A stretch of 64,000 bases of DNA from Phyllosticta citribraziliensis (taxonomy: Eukaryota): assembly GCF_038025025.1 (NCBI RefSeq), contig NW_027117348.1, positions 992,001 to 1,056,000 on the forward strand, written 5' to 3'. Made by a program: the position numbers and the translations under genes. A model generated the notes under the pieces. It saw only the letters and a program-made list of their open reading frames with translations, made no database searches and was not told where the DNA came from. Below, piece by piece: positions 47,669 to 60,575 of this stretch. Within the stretch, counting starts at the first letter, position 1. Every line of letters starts with the position of its first letter.

Positions 47669-50600
47669 TTATATACACACCCACCCACCTGACCAACACG
47701 CAGCACATGCACCGCCCATCGCCTCATCCATGTGACAGCTCGCGCTCTTCGACCCAACCATTCCGCTGCAGCCGTGGTTTAAAACGCGCCCTCCCTCCCT
47801 TGCTCTTCCGTCGACGGGTCTCCACTGCAAGCGTCACGGAGTATTTGACCATGAACTTCTCGTCCCACTCGCTGCAAACGAGAGACAGGATATTTTCACT
47901 TTTGTTTGGTCGCGGCGTCTTTTCTACCGTCAGAAGACGGGAGCGCGGAGAGGGTTGAGTGGAGCGATGGCGGCGTGACGTGGTGGTGAATTGCTTCGTC
48001 TGGCTGTGGTGGTGGAGTGTATGTATTGGATATTGCAGTGATGTGCAGCGTTTGCAGATGTCGAAGAAATGCTGTAGAGGAAGGACAGGTGCAGACGTGC
48101 TGAGAGATGAGTTGCAAGCAAAAAGAGACGAAGGACAGTGAGGATGCACCGCCGTTACCGTGATTCCTCACAGAGTTTGGTAGGCTCTGCACCTGGCTCT
48201 GCGCTGACAGTTGAGGGAAGCGGGAGGGCTGGAGAGCTTTATATACTCGTCGAACTCGCGGCACATGCGCTGGCCAACTCTTTGATCCCCATGACCGCCC
48301 CCGCTGCCTATGATCCGGGCGGCGGTGGGCTTGGTATAAAACCCCCCCTTCTCTCGTTGCTTCGAGGTCAACGCGAAGTGAGCTGCTTGCATGGCTGCGA
48401 TGACAAAACCCTTGACTGGTGTCGAAATGCCAGGTTAATAAAAACTGCTTTGTGCCTGGCTTGCAGAGCTTGGTTAGTTGGACGACTGACAGATCCCCAG
48501 GATCGTGAGCAGTAGAGCGACGGGTGATAAGCAACTCCAGCACACTGCAATGGTGGAGCGTACACAGCAAGCATAAAGACAGACACCTGCATCACCAGCC
48601 GTCAAGGACAAGGCAGAAGAAGGACGCGAGCCAGCCAGTCATCCAGCCAAACAAAGCGAAGAGGAGAACACGAGTAAAGGAGTTGTCGAGGTAAGAGCAA
48701 CAGCGACAACAGTGCTGTCTCGCTCCGACAGCTTGTCCTTCTCCGCAGAGCAGAAAGGCACATCTGCGCCGACAACGATCGACAAGGGGAAACCAGGAGG
48801 CGTTTTATACCGCCAGCGAGGCGGCGCACGTACCGCGCGCGCTAAGCCCCTTCGCTCACCGCCGGCGTGACTGGGCGTGAGTGCTAGAGGTATAAATCGC
48901 CCGTGTGCCGCCGCTGCTGTTTCCTGCTGCATCACTCACTCTTCCTCACGGCTGCGTGGAGGGCAGGGAAAACAAAGCAGCCAAGTTTGCACTTGGACGA
49001 GCGAAGATTGCATGTGCTGACTGATTGACTGGGGGAGCTGTGGCGTCGCCCTATCAGTCTGTGAGTTTCTATGAATTTGTGTCAAGGGACGCGAGATTGC
49101 TGATGAAGGGGTCCATCAAAATGGAGTAGTGTTGAAGGTCTCCGCCTCTAGATGATGGCGGCGTGGAAAAGAGGAGAAGAGATACCACACAGCACGACCA
49201 ACGTAGCAAAGAGTGAGCGAAAGCATTGGAGCCAGCAGAGTGAGCCATGGCTGGCTTGTTGATTCCGCTAGTGGTACGCTGAGCGCTTGCAGAAGGAGAG
49301 AGATGCTGGAAGAAAGGCGGCGCTTATATACTTGTGGAAGCGTGCAGAGATGTCAACCGCAGTCATGTGCAGGCGATGAATGCTCCTTGCGCAGTGACGC
49401 ACAGACTACGAATGCTCCTCCCGCAGTCACGCACAGGTAAAGAATGCTCCTCACACGGAGTAACATATAGAGCCCCCCTATCGCCTATAAAACAAGCAGC
49501 ACATTGCGTCAAAGTCCTCCCCACCAACGTTCCTACCGCCCCCATTCTTCGCAGCGCAGATTAAAAATGTGCACTGCAAACCCTGGCACAGATACAACTC
49601 ATTTGGATGTGGAGGCGCTGTTTTTCTCTTTGTCTCTTTTGATCCAGGAGGGAGTCTGCTTTCTGCGCATCACTGGCGGGAAATGGTGATCGAGGCCGAG
49701 ATGAGGTGGTGAGGAGGGTATGTCTGAGTTGTCGTGGTGCGTGGGAACGTTGTTGAGAGATGCTGAGGGTGATGTGGAAAGGGGGAGGGGAAAGTGTTGT
49801 GGGAAGCTGGGGATGTGGAGGCGGCGCGGGAAAGGAGAGGAGAGAAAAGTGGGAGCGCTCCAAGTGAATACCGCCGCAAAAGACGCCAGGAGTGTAAATC
49901 AATCTCATGACCAGCAAATTTTGCGCGAACAATGGCGCTGGCAGCTTGAAGGCTGAGGTGGGAGACGCAGGCAGTTTATACCCGCCGAAGGACAACAAAC
50001 CTGAGGCTACCATGGCACATGCAACGACCCCATCCATTGACAGAGCCACCGCATCGGCCAGCGCACATGCGCCGTGGTCCGCACTCACATGTACAGGACT
50101 AGCAGAGGCGAGTGCGTATAAAAGTCGCCCATCTCTCCGCCAGATTCAGCGTTCATCGACAACTCAGCAGCGCTGGAAGAGCCCACTGGATTTTGACTAC
50201 ACTGCTCTGTCGTCAAGATGTACATGAATCAGATTTTAGTCCGTCGTGCGGCAGAAGTAGGAGTCCGGACTGCAGCGGCAGGAGGACTGTCGATGGTCAG
50301 GGGTGCTGGGGAGCGACGAGACGGGCAGATGATGACTTACGGCGCCATCGAACTGTGTCAGCCATCAGAATTAAGCCTCGACGCAGTTACTGACACCCAA
50401 ATACCTCTTCGAAATAGAGAGACGGCCAAAAGAGAGCCACGAGCAAAGTGAGGTGTTGGCATCAGAGTAGCGGGTTTCTGCGTCGGACTTCCAGCGCTCA
50501 AACGCAAGAACATCCTCAACGCTCTTCTCTTCCTCTGCCTGTCGCCAAACGCAGCGGAGGTTGGAAGCTTTTATACACCTGTCCTTGACCCAAAACCAGA

Positions 50601-50731
50601 AGCCGTCAGGGGCTCGTGCAACTCGCATCCACATGTCAAACAACCCAGGCAAGTGACAAGACACATGCCCGCGACACCGGCCACACCACTCCAGCAGACC
50701 CGCGCGGTCGGAGCGCTGGACGAGTATATAA
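47669..50731. promoter_or_regulatory. Array of six divergent TATA-box pairs
   Basis: Minus/plus pairs at 47669/47778 (TTTAAAA variant), 48238/48335, 48803/48891, 49324/49486, 49975/50117 and 50569/50725, mostly followed by C/T-rich tracts in the direction of transcription. Confidence 0.55.
49358..49452. repeat. 32-bp tandem repeat x3
   Basis: GAATGCTCCT at 49378, 49410 and 49442, each preceded by a CGCAGT(C/G)A block. Confidence 0.85.
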
Positions 50732-53014
50732 CGACGTCGTCGCGGATCGGAGTGTCGACTGACAAACCGACTCGGCGTGGGCTGCAAGGAAAGACTTGAA
50801 CCTACTTCCTACTTGCAAACTGTGTCTGTTCTGCGGTGGGTGGTCGACACGACATCCCACTCGTTTCATAGACTTGCTTTGCTTTGCCCGGCCGCTCCTC
50901 AGAGTACGGTGCTCGTCAAGACCGCGAGACAGCAAGCACCATCACGTCTTGCCGCCGCACCGCATCCACATCTCAACACCTGCACAGCGCGTAGAACAAC
51001 AGTACTACCTCGCAGCAACGATCAGCAGTCAATGACGTCGGCATGACCGAGTCCACCGATTGGGATAGGTACCACTTACCACACAGCCACACCCGCAGGC
51101 GTACGTCAAACGCGCGGACAGAACGACAGCGCAGCTGGGGAAAAAAGCAAGTATGTGGACAGACAGGTACACAAGACCCCGTGGCGTCAGCGGCGTCAGT
51201 GACGTCTCTCCCATCTCTCTCCCTCACTCACCCACCACACACGCGCGTGACGCAACAAAGCCGCCCAGCGCAGCGTAGCCCAGCGTAGCCTAACCCAAAC
51301 CATCGACCACCGCCCACCACCACGCCATCCCCAAACCATCCGCAAGCCACGCCACTACACCCGAAACAGCTAGCACCCACCACCTCGCTGACGCGGTCCG
51401 CGTACGTCACGTCAGGTAGGCAACGCGGCTGCGCTGCGCGTATTCTTTCTGCCGCTGGCGGGCTGGCCTGGCTGGCTGGCGTTCGGGCTTGCCTTTGGCG
51501 CGCCGCCCGCCGCTCCTTAGCGCTGCCGCCGTCAGAAGTGTCCGTCCGTCCGTACGTCGGCGGCCGTCGGCCGAGGACCCTTCTTTGTGTCTGTGTCTGT
51601 GTCTGTGTAGCGACGCGAGAGGGAGACAAGACGACCCGGCCGAAGGTGATGGATGATGGATGATGGACGATGGATGGGACTCGACGCCACACGCAGACTG
51701 ACAGGAATGCCGCGGTGTGTAGGGTAGATGAAAGAAGAGACTTTGGAGAAGGGAGAAAGTTGGCTGACTGGCTGAGGAGAAAAAGCAAGAAGACGAAGAA
51801 AGAGAGAGAGAAAGACAGCAAGACGGATGGACGGATGGGCCATGGCACAGCACCCATCAATTGCCGCGCGCATGTTTCGCGCGTGTTTAGCCTTCCCGTG
51901 CGATTATCTAGACACAGATGGACAAACAGACAGACAGGCAGGCAGGCATGAGCGCAGAGAGTTGACGCAGGGGCATGCCGCACGCACGCTCGCGCTGCAG
52001 CAGCGGGACCTTGTGGGTGGTAGCTCCTCACGCACAGCCTAGCCTGAGCGCATAGTCAGAAAACGCGAAGGAAAAAGTAGACTTGGGGAATGGATGGAAT
52101 TGGTCGCAGCTGTCTATTTGACAAGCAACAAGCAATGAAGAGGACACAAGGAAAAGTGATGGTAGTGATGTAATGATTCGCCAGGCAAAACGAGACCGAC
52201 GCCAGAAGAAGCAAAAAGCCCCGCCCTCGAGTCTTTTCTGGTATCATTGAGTGCAGTGATGCAAAGGGAATCCAATGCAGGAAAGCAACGCAAAGAAGCA
52301 AATGTCCAACCAGGCCGCTGGCAGCGAGGCCGCCTGTCCATTTTTGTATAAACCTGAGAAAAGAACGCCATGAGAAGCTCACGCACTGTCGATGGCAGTG
52401 CAGGTGTAGAGCCCAATGCAATGCTGGTCAGTCAGGCCGGATGACTGGGGGGATATAGAAAAGAAAAGCGCCCTTCCCGTTGAGCAGACCAATGCGCCAT
52501 TTTCCTTCGACCAATGCAAAGCGGTAAACGTCAAAACCAGTGAGGAAAGGTGAAGAAAGCAAACCTGTCAACGCCATCTGAAACCACAACCAAGATGCAA
52601 GTGTTGGTGGCCATCGCGCCCCCACGTGGATTCGCGAGGCGTTGATTGAGTAGCGGTGGCGTGGTGTGGTTGTTGTGGTGTGACGGGCCGAGTCCAGAGC
52701 GGGCTGTCTGCAGGCAAGGGTGGTGGCGCCGCTTACTTGCGCCATTGATGAGCCTCCGAATGCATCCGTGAAAAATGGAAGCTGCCGAACCATCTTGAGA
52801 AACGCCGAAGGAAATCCAGGACAAGCGAAAGAGAATGCAAAAGTTGGTCGTTGACGGCTGACGGCGTGTGTTGGGTGCCGGCGGGTACTTGGTGACGGCG
52901 CGTAACTGGTGTCGGCGCGCAATCGTGCCAGCGCGTCATTGACCAACGCTATCAGTTGCAGCGCTCTGCACCGACGATGAAACTAGAGGTCTGTTGAGAT
53001 GATGAGCAGCGTCT

Positions 53015-54006
53015 CTAGGCAGTCTGGCTCTGGGTCTTGAGAGGGCTACTGGCAGCAGAGCGAGGCTCGTCGTCCGGAACAAAGCCTTGGGCGCGAGCGA
53101 GCCACAGGATGGAGCGCTCGTCAAAGCCGTCGATGAACTTTTCGTCCATCTCGCGGGCCTTGGGGTCGGCGTATGTATGATAGGTCTCCTTCGCCTCCTT
53201 CAACGGCTTTGCGAGGACCTTGTCGAGACAGGCGACGACACAGCCAGTACGGTGCTGCGACGCATTAGCCATGTCAAGGAACACAAACATGGGACACGTA
53301 CCTTGCCCTTGTTGCAGTGGACCAACAACGGGTAGTTTGCCTTGTTGAGGACCACTCCCAAGGCTTGGACCATGAGGTCCTGGGTCATGCAGACCTTGCC
53401 CTTGTTGGCGGGCAGGTGGACGCGAAAGTGCTCAATCTTGTTGTCTGCCATGAAGCGCTCGAATGGCTCCGGAATGTCTTCTTTGACCAGGGTCCTGGAA
53501 ATGATCAGCGCAAGTCTTGGCATGCATCGTCATGGCTTGACTTACAGGATGCTCTTCAACTTCAGAGACTTGAGGAAGCTGAAATTTTCTGGCTGAGGGT
53601 ACGAGCTGCGGTACAGCTGGCCATCCAGGACAGTGCCATAGTTGGATGGCGGACACATGGACATGAGTCGCTCTGGGCATCTCGCCTCGTATGAAGAGCG
53701 TCGAGAAGACTCGGCCGTGGTGCTGACGGCGCTTGCAGCTGTGCATATATTAGAACGGGCCGCTTGAGGATGCGCACTAGAAAACTCACAGGAATCCTCG
53801 TCGCACGCCACCTGGGTCACGGCGACGGCGTGGGTGGTGTCGGCGCCAGGGTCTTTGACGTTTTCCTTGTCGACAAAATCACTTGGCCTCATCACGCCAC
53901 GCGGACGCGACCGCCACGGATGCTCCAAGCCCTGGGCCATGGCGTCGGTGAGGAAGGAGTCGACGCGCGCGACTCGGTTGGAGGGCTCCTGGGGAGGGGA
54001 GGACAT
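53015..54006 (-). CDS. Atypical dual-specificity / inositol pyrophosphate phosphatase, Siw14/OCA (PFA-DSP) family, 2 introns; start uncertain
   Basis: PPSNYGTV..LYRSSYP.PENFSFLKSLKLKSIL|TLV, NYPLLVHCNKGK|HRTGCVVACL (CX5R intact), YADPKAREMDEKFI. Confidence 0.88.
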
Positions 54007-55100
54007 GAAGATTTGCAGAGCGTGGTTTGAATTGGGCGGTGCCTGCAAAGGAGGAGGAGGTAGGGAGAGAGGTTTCCTCGGAGGGTCGTGGGCCAATTTT
54101 AAGGGAGTAGAGTGATCTGGCGGCGCGCTGCCTTGAGCTGTCGGCGCAGATTGGGGTTCTGACTGTTGAGCGGCGAGGCAACGGTCACGGCAGAGCCGTT
54201 GACATGGCGGGGGAGCAGGTCATGGTTTCGAGGTCCATGGTTGGTGGTACTCGAGAGGGAGGGTGGATGACGATGGATGGTTGGTGTTGAGTTGTCGGCG
54301 GGCTAGCAGAGCGGAAGCGGAGACGAATGATGGAGACAGACAATGGGCGGGCCTTTTGTGGTGTGGGTGTGGGCGATCCAGGGTTCGAGTTCGAGATGGG
54401 TGGAGAGGAGGTGGAAAAAATGGGCGGCGGTACCAAGGCTTGAGGCTTGCCTTGCCGTGGAAGCGACGAGGCGGCGGCGCCTGCCTGGGGACGGGACCTG
54501 GAGTCTTTGGCGTTTGCCCGTGGTGGTCGCAACACGTCAATCAACCTGTTCCCAACTCCAGCAACCAAGCAAGCAAGCAAGCAGCGAGATGAGGCTGGGG
54601 CATCTAGGCCTGGACAGGCATCGTGTGTTTGATTGCTGTGGTCGCAGACGTGGCCGAGTTTTGGCCTCGCGCTCGGCGGCCAGGGCCTTGCAGTAGGCTG
54701 GAATAGGTGCCTACGAAACACCAGAGGCACGCAGCACGAAAACAAGTCGGTTCCCTGAATGGATTCCAACGCCTCGCCCGAGCAACGAGCTGCGCTGCGC
54801 TGCGCTGCACGTCACCGGCTCTAGTCAATGACATGACCTGCCTACATGACGAATTCAAGCTCAACTCACATGCCGCCTCGAGCCTCTTGCTGGTCCCGGC
54901 CTCCTCCGCACCGCACTAGTCCGCTCCGGGGGCGCCCGTCTGCACACCACGGCGAGCTAAACACGCTCCCCGCCACGCTCCACGCCCATTGAAATTGACC
55001 GACGCTGCTCCCATTTGTCCTTTCTGATCTGCTCTGTATCACCTGCAACTTCTCCGCCCTCCACTCTCTCCCCACATCACCCCACCGACTGACAGACACC

Positions 55101-56312
55101 ATGGCCTTTTCTGCCGTCGACCCTCCTCGCTCCGCCTCGCGCACCCCCACCAGCCCTTCTCGCCGCTCCTTCCCAAACCTCCATCACCTGTCACTGGCCC
55201 CTCTGAGCGACAACTTTAGCAACCAAGCCCTCACTCCCCACGACTCTACCATGGATCCAGTCACCACCTCCTACATCCAGCCCAAAACCGCTCCCAGCAC
55301 TCCCGGAATCCTCAGTCGGAGCCCTAGCCGCCATCGCTCCCACCTCAATGTGCGCTACGTCGACGCTACCTCGTACTTTCCAGACAACACCCGCCCCACC
55401 AACACGGCCATGACCAAGGCCAAGTCCGACGTCACGCTGGACACCAACCTGCCACAGTCAGGACGCCATCATTCCCGCAGCAAGAGCAGCACCTTTGCCC
55501 TGTCGACCCGCAAGCCGCCCACCCCCAAGCTCCACCAACACCGCGACGCCTCGGACGACGGCTGGCTGTACCGCGCCGGCCTCGCCATTGCCTCCGAGAC
55601 TCGCGAGTCCAAGGGCCAGTCGTGGCTGTCGCGCCGCGAGAGCAGCACCTCGCTGGTGCGGCAGGCCGAAGCGTCCGACTCGGACGACGACAATGCCGCC
55701 ATGGGCGCTCGCAGCGGCCTCCACAGCCGCACCCAGAGCGCCATGTTTGCCGACGATGAGTTCTCGCCTGTGACGCCTCGCTTTGGCAGCAGACAGCACA
55801 GCCGGCGCGGCAGCCGCGTCGCGGGCATGGGCATGACTCCCCTGGGCTCGCGCACCCCCATCGGCGCCCTCTCGCGCCGCAGCAGCGCCGACTACCTCGA
55901 CGACGGCGACGACGCGGTGCCCATGGAGCCCGACTTCGTCGACGACGAGGGCTCGTCCATCGCCGAAGACGACGAAGAGGTGGCGCGATTGGCGCGCGAG
56001 CGCGGCTTCGGGCTCGGCGGCTGGATGGACAAGCTCATGGGGTGGACGCTGTTCAGCGTCGACGAGGACGGCGAGGAGACGACGGACGACGACGACGACG
56101 CATCATCCGACGACCTGACGGCCGGCGGCGACACGCAGCGCCGCCGCGAGATGGAGGTCCGGCGCCGCCGCGACGAGTGGGCGCGCATCGAGGCCGCCAG
56201 CCGCGCCGCGAAGGAGAAGAAGCTCGAGGAGCTGCCCGAGCCGCGCGACAGCGAGGGCGGCTGGCAGGACGCCGCGTGGCTGTTGAGCGTGGCGTCCAAG
56301 GTGCTGTTGTAG
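55101..56312 (+). CDS. Conserved fungal protein, DUF3984-like
   Basis: LHHLSLAPL, SYIQPKTAPSTPGILS, WLYRAGLAIASETRESKGQSWL, GGWMDKLMGWTLFSVDED, GGWQDAAWLLSVASKVLL*; family name from memory. Confidence 0.75.
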   Translation: MAFSAVDPPRSASRTPTSPSRRSFPNLHHLSLAPLSDNFSNQALTPHDSTMDPVTTSYIQPKTAPSTPGILSRSPSRHRSHLNVRYVDATSYFPDNTRPTNTAMTKAKSDVTLDTNLPQSGRHHSRSKSSTFALSTRKPPTPKLHQHRDASDDGWLYRAGLAIASETRESKGQSWLSRRESSTSLVRQAEASDSDDDNAAMGARSGLHSRTQSAMFADDEFSPVTPRFGSRQHSRRGSRVAGMGMTPLGSRTPIGALSRRSSADYLDDGDDAVPMEPDFVDDEGSSIAEDDEEVARLARERGFGLGGWMDKLMGWTLFSVDEDGEETTDDDDDASSDDLTAGGDTQRRREMEVRRRRDEWARIEAASRAAKEKKLEELPEPRDSEGGWQDAAWLLSVASKVLL

Positions 56313-57020
56313 TCGTCGACGGGACTGTGTTAGCCGAATCACCCATTGACCAACCAGAATGCGAGAAGAAAAAGAAGACAAAGAAAAGAAAGACCAAGAC
56401 TGCAAAAGCGATTTGATTTGACACTGAGCCGGGGAAGAGAAGGGAAGGGAAGGGGAGCAAGCATCTATCTGTACTGTACATATACCGTCATCTTAGCAGC
56501 ATCATTATCATTATCATACTCACTCGCGCCCCTGAGTTCCACGGTTCTCTACTGTACTCTGTGCCAGTGTCGTGTCAGGGTCAGTGACATGTCCGCATCG
56601 CCATTCTGCTCACTACTCACTGTTCGCTTGCTTGCTTGCTTGCCGTCCGCTTCTGGCAACCGTAGGCTAACAGACAGCAGACACCAGCGAGCGACGAGGC
56701 GGGCGTGGGAGGATCAGAAACAGTTCGTCTATTTTGCTTTTGGGTACACGTTTGCCTTTTCTATACCCGTTGGTTGGGCTTCTCGTTGGCACAAGGTGGC
56801 CAGGCCAACAGATGCACGCGTCGGACGCGTTTACATGGACTTGTACATATGTCCCATCCCATCCCATCACGAAGCTTCGCTTGTGACGTTCGTACGACGC
56901 ACCACTACCACTACCCCTGACCGCGCCGGCCTCACCCACACCAGCCTCCCGCGGCCTCACCCACCTCTCTCCCACCATCCCATCATCCCATCCTCTCGCC
57001 CTCTTGCATCTCTCCCTCAT

Positions 57021-59111
57021 TCACAATCCCCCGCTTCCCCCATCTCCCCCACCGCCGTCCAAACACCACACCACGACGTCGCCCTGCCGCCGCCAGTCAT
57101 CGTGCCAGTGGCTGTTGAACCCGCGCCAACACTGCTCGTACCGACTGCCGCTCAGCACGCGGCTGAGTTCGTCTTCCAGCTGCGCGAAGAAGACGAGGTG
57201 CGCGGGCCAGGGTCGTTTGGTTAGGTTGTTCTCCACCTCTGCTGCCGCAGCGTTCGCCTTCGCCTTCGCCTTGGCCTCGGCTTGCCCCTCGGCCGCGTCT
57301 CCGTCTCTTGCGACGGTCGACAAGGACTGCATGTTGAGCTCCAGCCAGCGCGCCGGCCCGTCCTCGAGGTAGAAGCGGTCGGCCTCGTCGCGGTAGGCGG
57401 CGCGCTCGGCGAGCGGCACGTCGAGCGGCGGCTCGCAGGTCAGGGCCCAGGCGGTGATGGACGGGTAGACGAGGTGGGAGCGCCAGGGGGTCGAGTGGCA
57501 GGGCATGAGGAAGGCGATGGACGACGCGTTGGCGGGAATGGAGGGCAGGCTGGGGTTGGCGGCTTGGTGGCGCGCGCGCAGGTGGTGCAGCACGTCGATG
57601 ACGCCGCGCTGGTGGACTTGGGAGCTGTAGATGGCGAGGAGGAGGTTGAAGGAGAGGAGGAGGGTTAGGAGGGTGCGTTTGGAGAGGGAGAGGGGCGGGC
57701 GGAAGAAGGTGGAGAGGGGTGAGGCGGCGAGGACGTGCAGGATGGGGAGGAGTGGGTAGATGAAGCGGACTTCCTTGTGAGAGATGAAGGAGAGGGCGAG
57801 GACCATGGTGAGCGCGGTCAGGGAGAGCATGGAAAGCTTGCGGTCGCGTGGTTTGCTGCCGTCTCCACGCAGCGAGGCATACATGCCCCAGAGGGCAAAG
57901 GGAAGCGCCGTCGTCAGGAGCAGCGGCAGTCCCTCGGTCAGGTAGTAGTCGCCTCTGTTGGTGCCGTAAAAGACGGCCAGGGACCTGGCAATGTTGAAGT
58001 AGACGAATCGAAGCGGCGGCAACGTCCACCCGCCGTAATAGATGCGGTCGGCCAGGGCAGAAAGTGCCAAAACACCGCCTCTAGAGGTAACGTCAGTTTG
58101 TTGATCGCCGCCGAACGGCATGCCATGTCTCAGTCTGAGATTGCGCCGTGTTTCAAACGCAGAGGGTCTGGTGGCACACTTACCCGTAAAGCACGGCGCT
58201 TTGGACTAATGCATGGCGTTCACGCGCAGATGCCTGCCAGAGCGTAGGTAGGGAGATGCAAATCCATACGAGCAGGTTGGTCGGCCGCAAGACGCAGGCA
58301 GAGGCAGCGGCAACGAGTGAGAGGCCCAGGCTGCGTCGGTCAGCACGGCCAAAAGGGGCAACGCATGATGCTGGCTTACTGAGGTCTGTCGCCGAAAGTA
58401 GTGGGGCTCCCACGTTGTGCAACCCACCGCCATGGCCACCACACCAGGGCGGCCGACGTCAGCGTCGTCTCCAGGCAGTTTGACAGAGAGCGCGTGGAGC
58501 AGAACCACTGCCAGGGACTGCAGATGGTCAGGGCCAGCTGCGGGGGTCGTCGGTCAGGGTCGGTTTAGGGACTCGGCCTCGGGGCACTACTGTACTCACG
58601 CTCGCCCACGCTGCTCTGCTTCCTCGCCCGTAGGCCTGCTCGGCCAGCCGCCAAGAAAGGTAATCGGTCGAGGCGGCAAAGATGGCCTGCGTGATTTTGG
58701 GCGCGGCGACGAGAATGTCGGCCTTGGTCGACGGAGAAGAGCTGCAAGCATCCGCCAGCACCGACGACAGGGCCAGCACGCCGGCAAAGAGGGCAGGGTG
58801 CAGCGACGAGCGCAGCTGGCTCTTCCACTCCTGAGCATACGGATTAGCCATGTTTGATGCTGACTGCTGCTGGTTTCTGCAGGGTGATGTAGTAATACCC
58901 AGGTGATCCAGGCACCGCTGGCCTCGCCAAAGGCCATCTGCCACGCGGGCTCCAGGGCCTGGAAGTACTCGTCGGGCTGGAAAAAGGTTCGCGTCGTCAA
59001 GGCATTGAGGATGCGCAAGGCCAGCAGCAGCAAAAAGACGTGCGAGCCGTGGCCGGCGGGGCTTGGCTGGGGACGGTCGTGGTCGACATGGGTGGCGGCG
59101 GAGCGAGGCAT
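57021..59111 (-). CDS. GPI10: GPI mannosyltransferase III (Gpi10/PIG-B), multi-exon
   Basis: [117 protein letters not shown]. Confidence 0.95.
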
Positions 59112-60575
59112 AGGGCGATGTGTGGTGGACGGACGAGGTCGAGTGCTTGCACTGGTCGTGTCTGACCAACAGAAGGGCGGCCAGGATGGCACGGTCTCAC
59201 GATCAAACGGAACCCCGTCCCCAACGCACTGCAGCGCCCAGGCACCACCTCATGGACGGGCTCGAATTGCAGCACCGCCGGCGAGCTATCGTCGAGTGCC
59301 TATTCGGGAATGGTCCGAGGCGTCGCCGTCAAGCTGGCCAGGCCCTCTCCCCAACCCCGCGCGCGGAGAGGACGAGGGTGAGGTGAGGGCGCGGGCGCAA
59401 GCTCGATGCGGGATGGCGCCGCAAAGTGACAGCTCGCAATGGGTGAAGAACAGGTCGTAGCACGGATCTTCTTCGTCTTCTCCATGATTCTGACCCCGCG
59501 CAGGCAAGTCGTGATCGCCACTTTTCCCTGTCGCGAGCCAATGACGCGAAAAAAATTGGCCAAAACCTGGGGAAAGGAGCGGCACGCAGAGTCAGCGGGC
59601 TTGGGACATGCCGGCTCGAGGGCGCTGTCGGCGGCTGATGGAAATTAATTTTTAGTCTGTCCCTAACCCTAATAACAACACCACCACGGCGTGGCGACCA
59701 AGAAAGTGCGAGAGGCATTTTCGGGGCCTGTCAATTGTTTGCCTCGACTGTGACAGGTAGCTTGGGGTGAGCTGGGTCTGGGCGCGTGGAGGAGGGCAAG
59801 CGGGCGAGTGGGCGAGTGGGCGACGTGGGCTGTAGCCGGATACATGAAGCCTCTGAGCCTCTGTTCCCGACGATAAATTTTCCCTCCCTGCAGCTCCGCT
59901 TGCGGCTCTCGGGTGCAGCATTTGTTTTTCTTATTTTCGCAGCATCTCCTTGGTGCCGGTGGATTGAGTTTGGTGTCGTCGTCGTCTCTGCTAGCGGGCC
60001 CTCCGTCTCCACTGGAGCTTGCCGAAAAGCACCGATCCGCGCCGGCCTCAAGTGTTCCTCTTCCATTCCACCCTCCGCCGCACCGCACCGCACCGCTCTC
60101 TTCGACCCATCGGATCCCGCTGACGTCGAGTCTATCTCCATCCACTCCCGACCTGACGTTGGGCTTGCCGCTGCTTTGGGCCCTGTCAACCGCTCCCGCA
60201 AAAAATTTACGCCCGCCTAGCCTGCCCACCAAACCCGCCCACCCCCAGACCACACCCAGATCAACTCCACCACACCACCGCGACGGCTCCACCACCTCGC
60301 CGCGCCGCCCACTCGCTCCACTCCTGCCGCCCACGACGACCCTCTGACCGCGTCGCCGCCCTCAAATATCCTCGACACCGTCTCGTCCTGCACGCTGCCG
60401 CCCGACGACAGCCTGCCTCTCGGTCGCTCCGGTGCAGGATGATACGGCCCCCCCAGGACTTGACCCAATACTGAACCACTCGCCCTCTTCCCTCGACTCT
60501 CAGATGCCGTCTGCGCGCCTCTGAGCCCCTTTGCGCCCACGAGAGTCGAGTTGAGCACAATCAGCGGGACGCGGC

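Noticed and set aside
51200..52000. Microsatellite-like tracts (TGTGTC, GATG, CAGA) and purine-rich runs
   Set aside because: Ordinary simple-sequence repeats; no structure beyond low complexity.
59661..59672. CCCTAACCCTAA, containing the TAACCCTAA template typical of Pezizomycotina telomerase RNA
   Set aside because: Only two telomeric units inside the divergent GPI10/SAK1 promoter region. I could not find pseudoknot or CR4/5 elements, and there is little room for a long RNA. More likely a telobox or chance; a TER covariance-model search would settle it.
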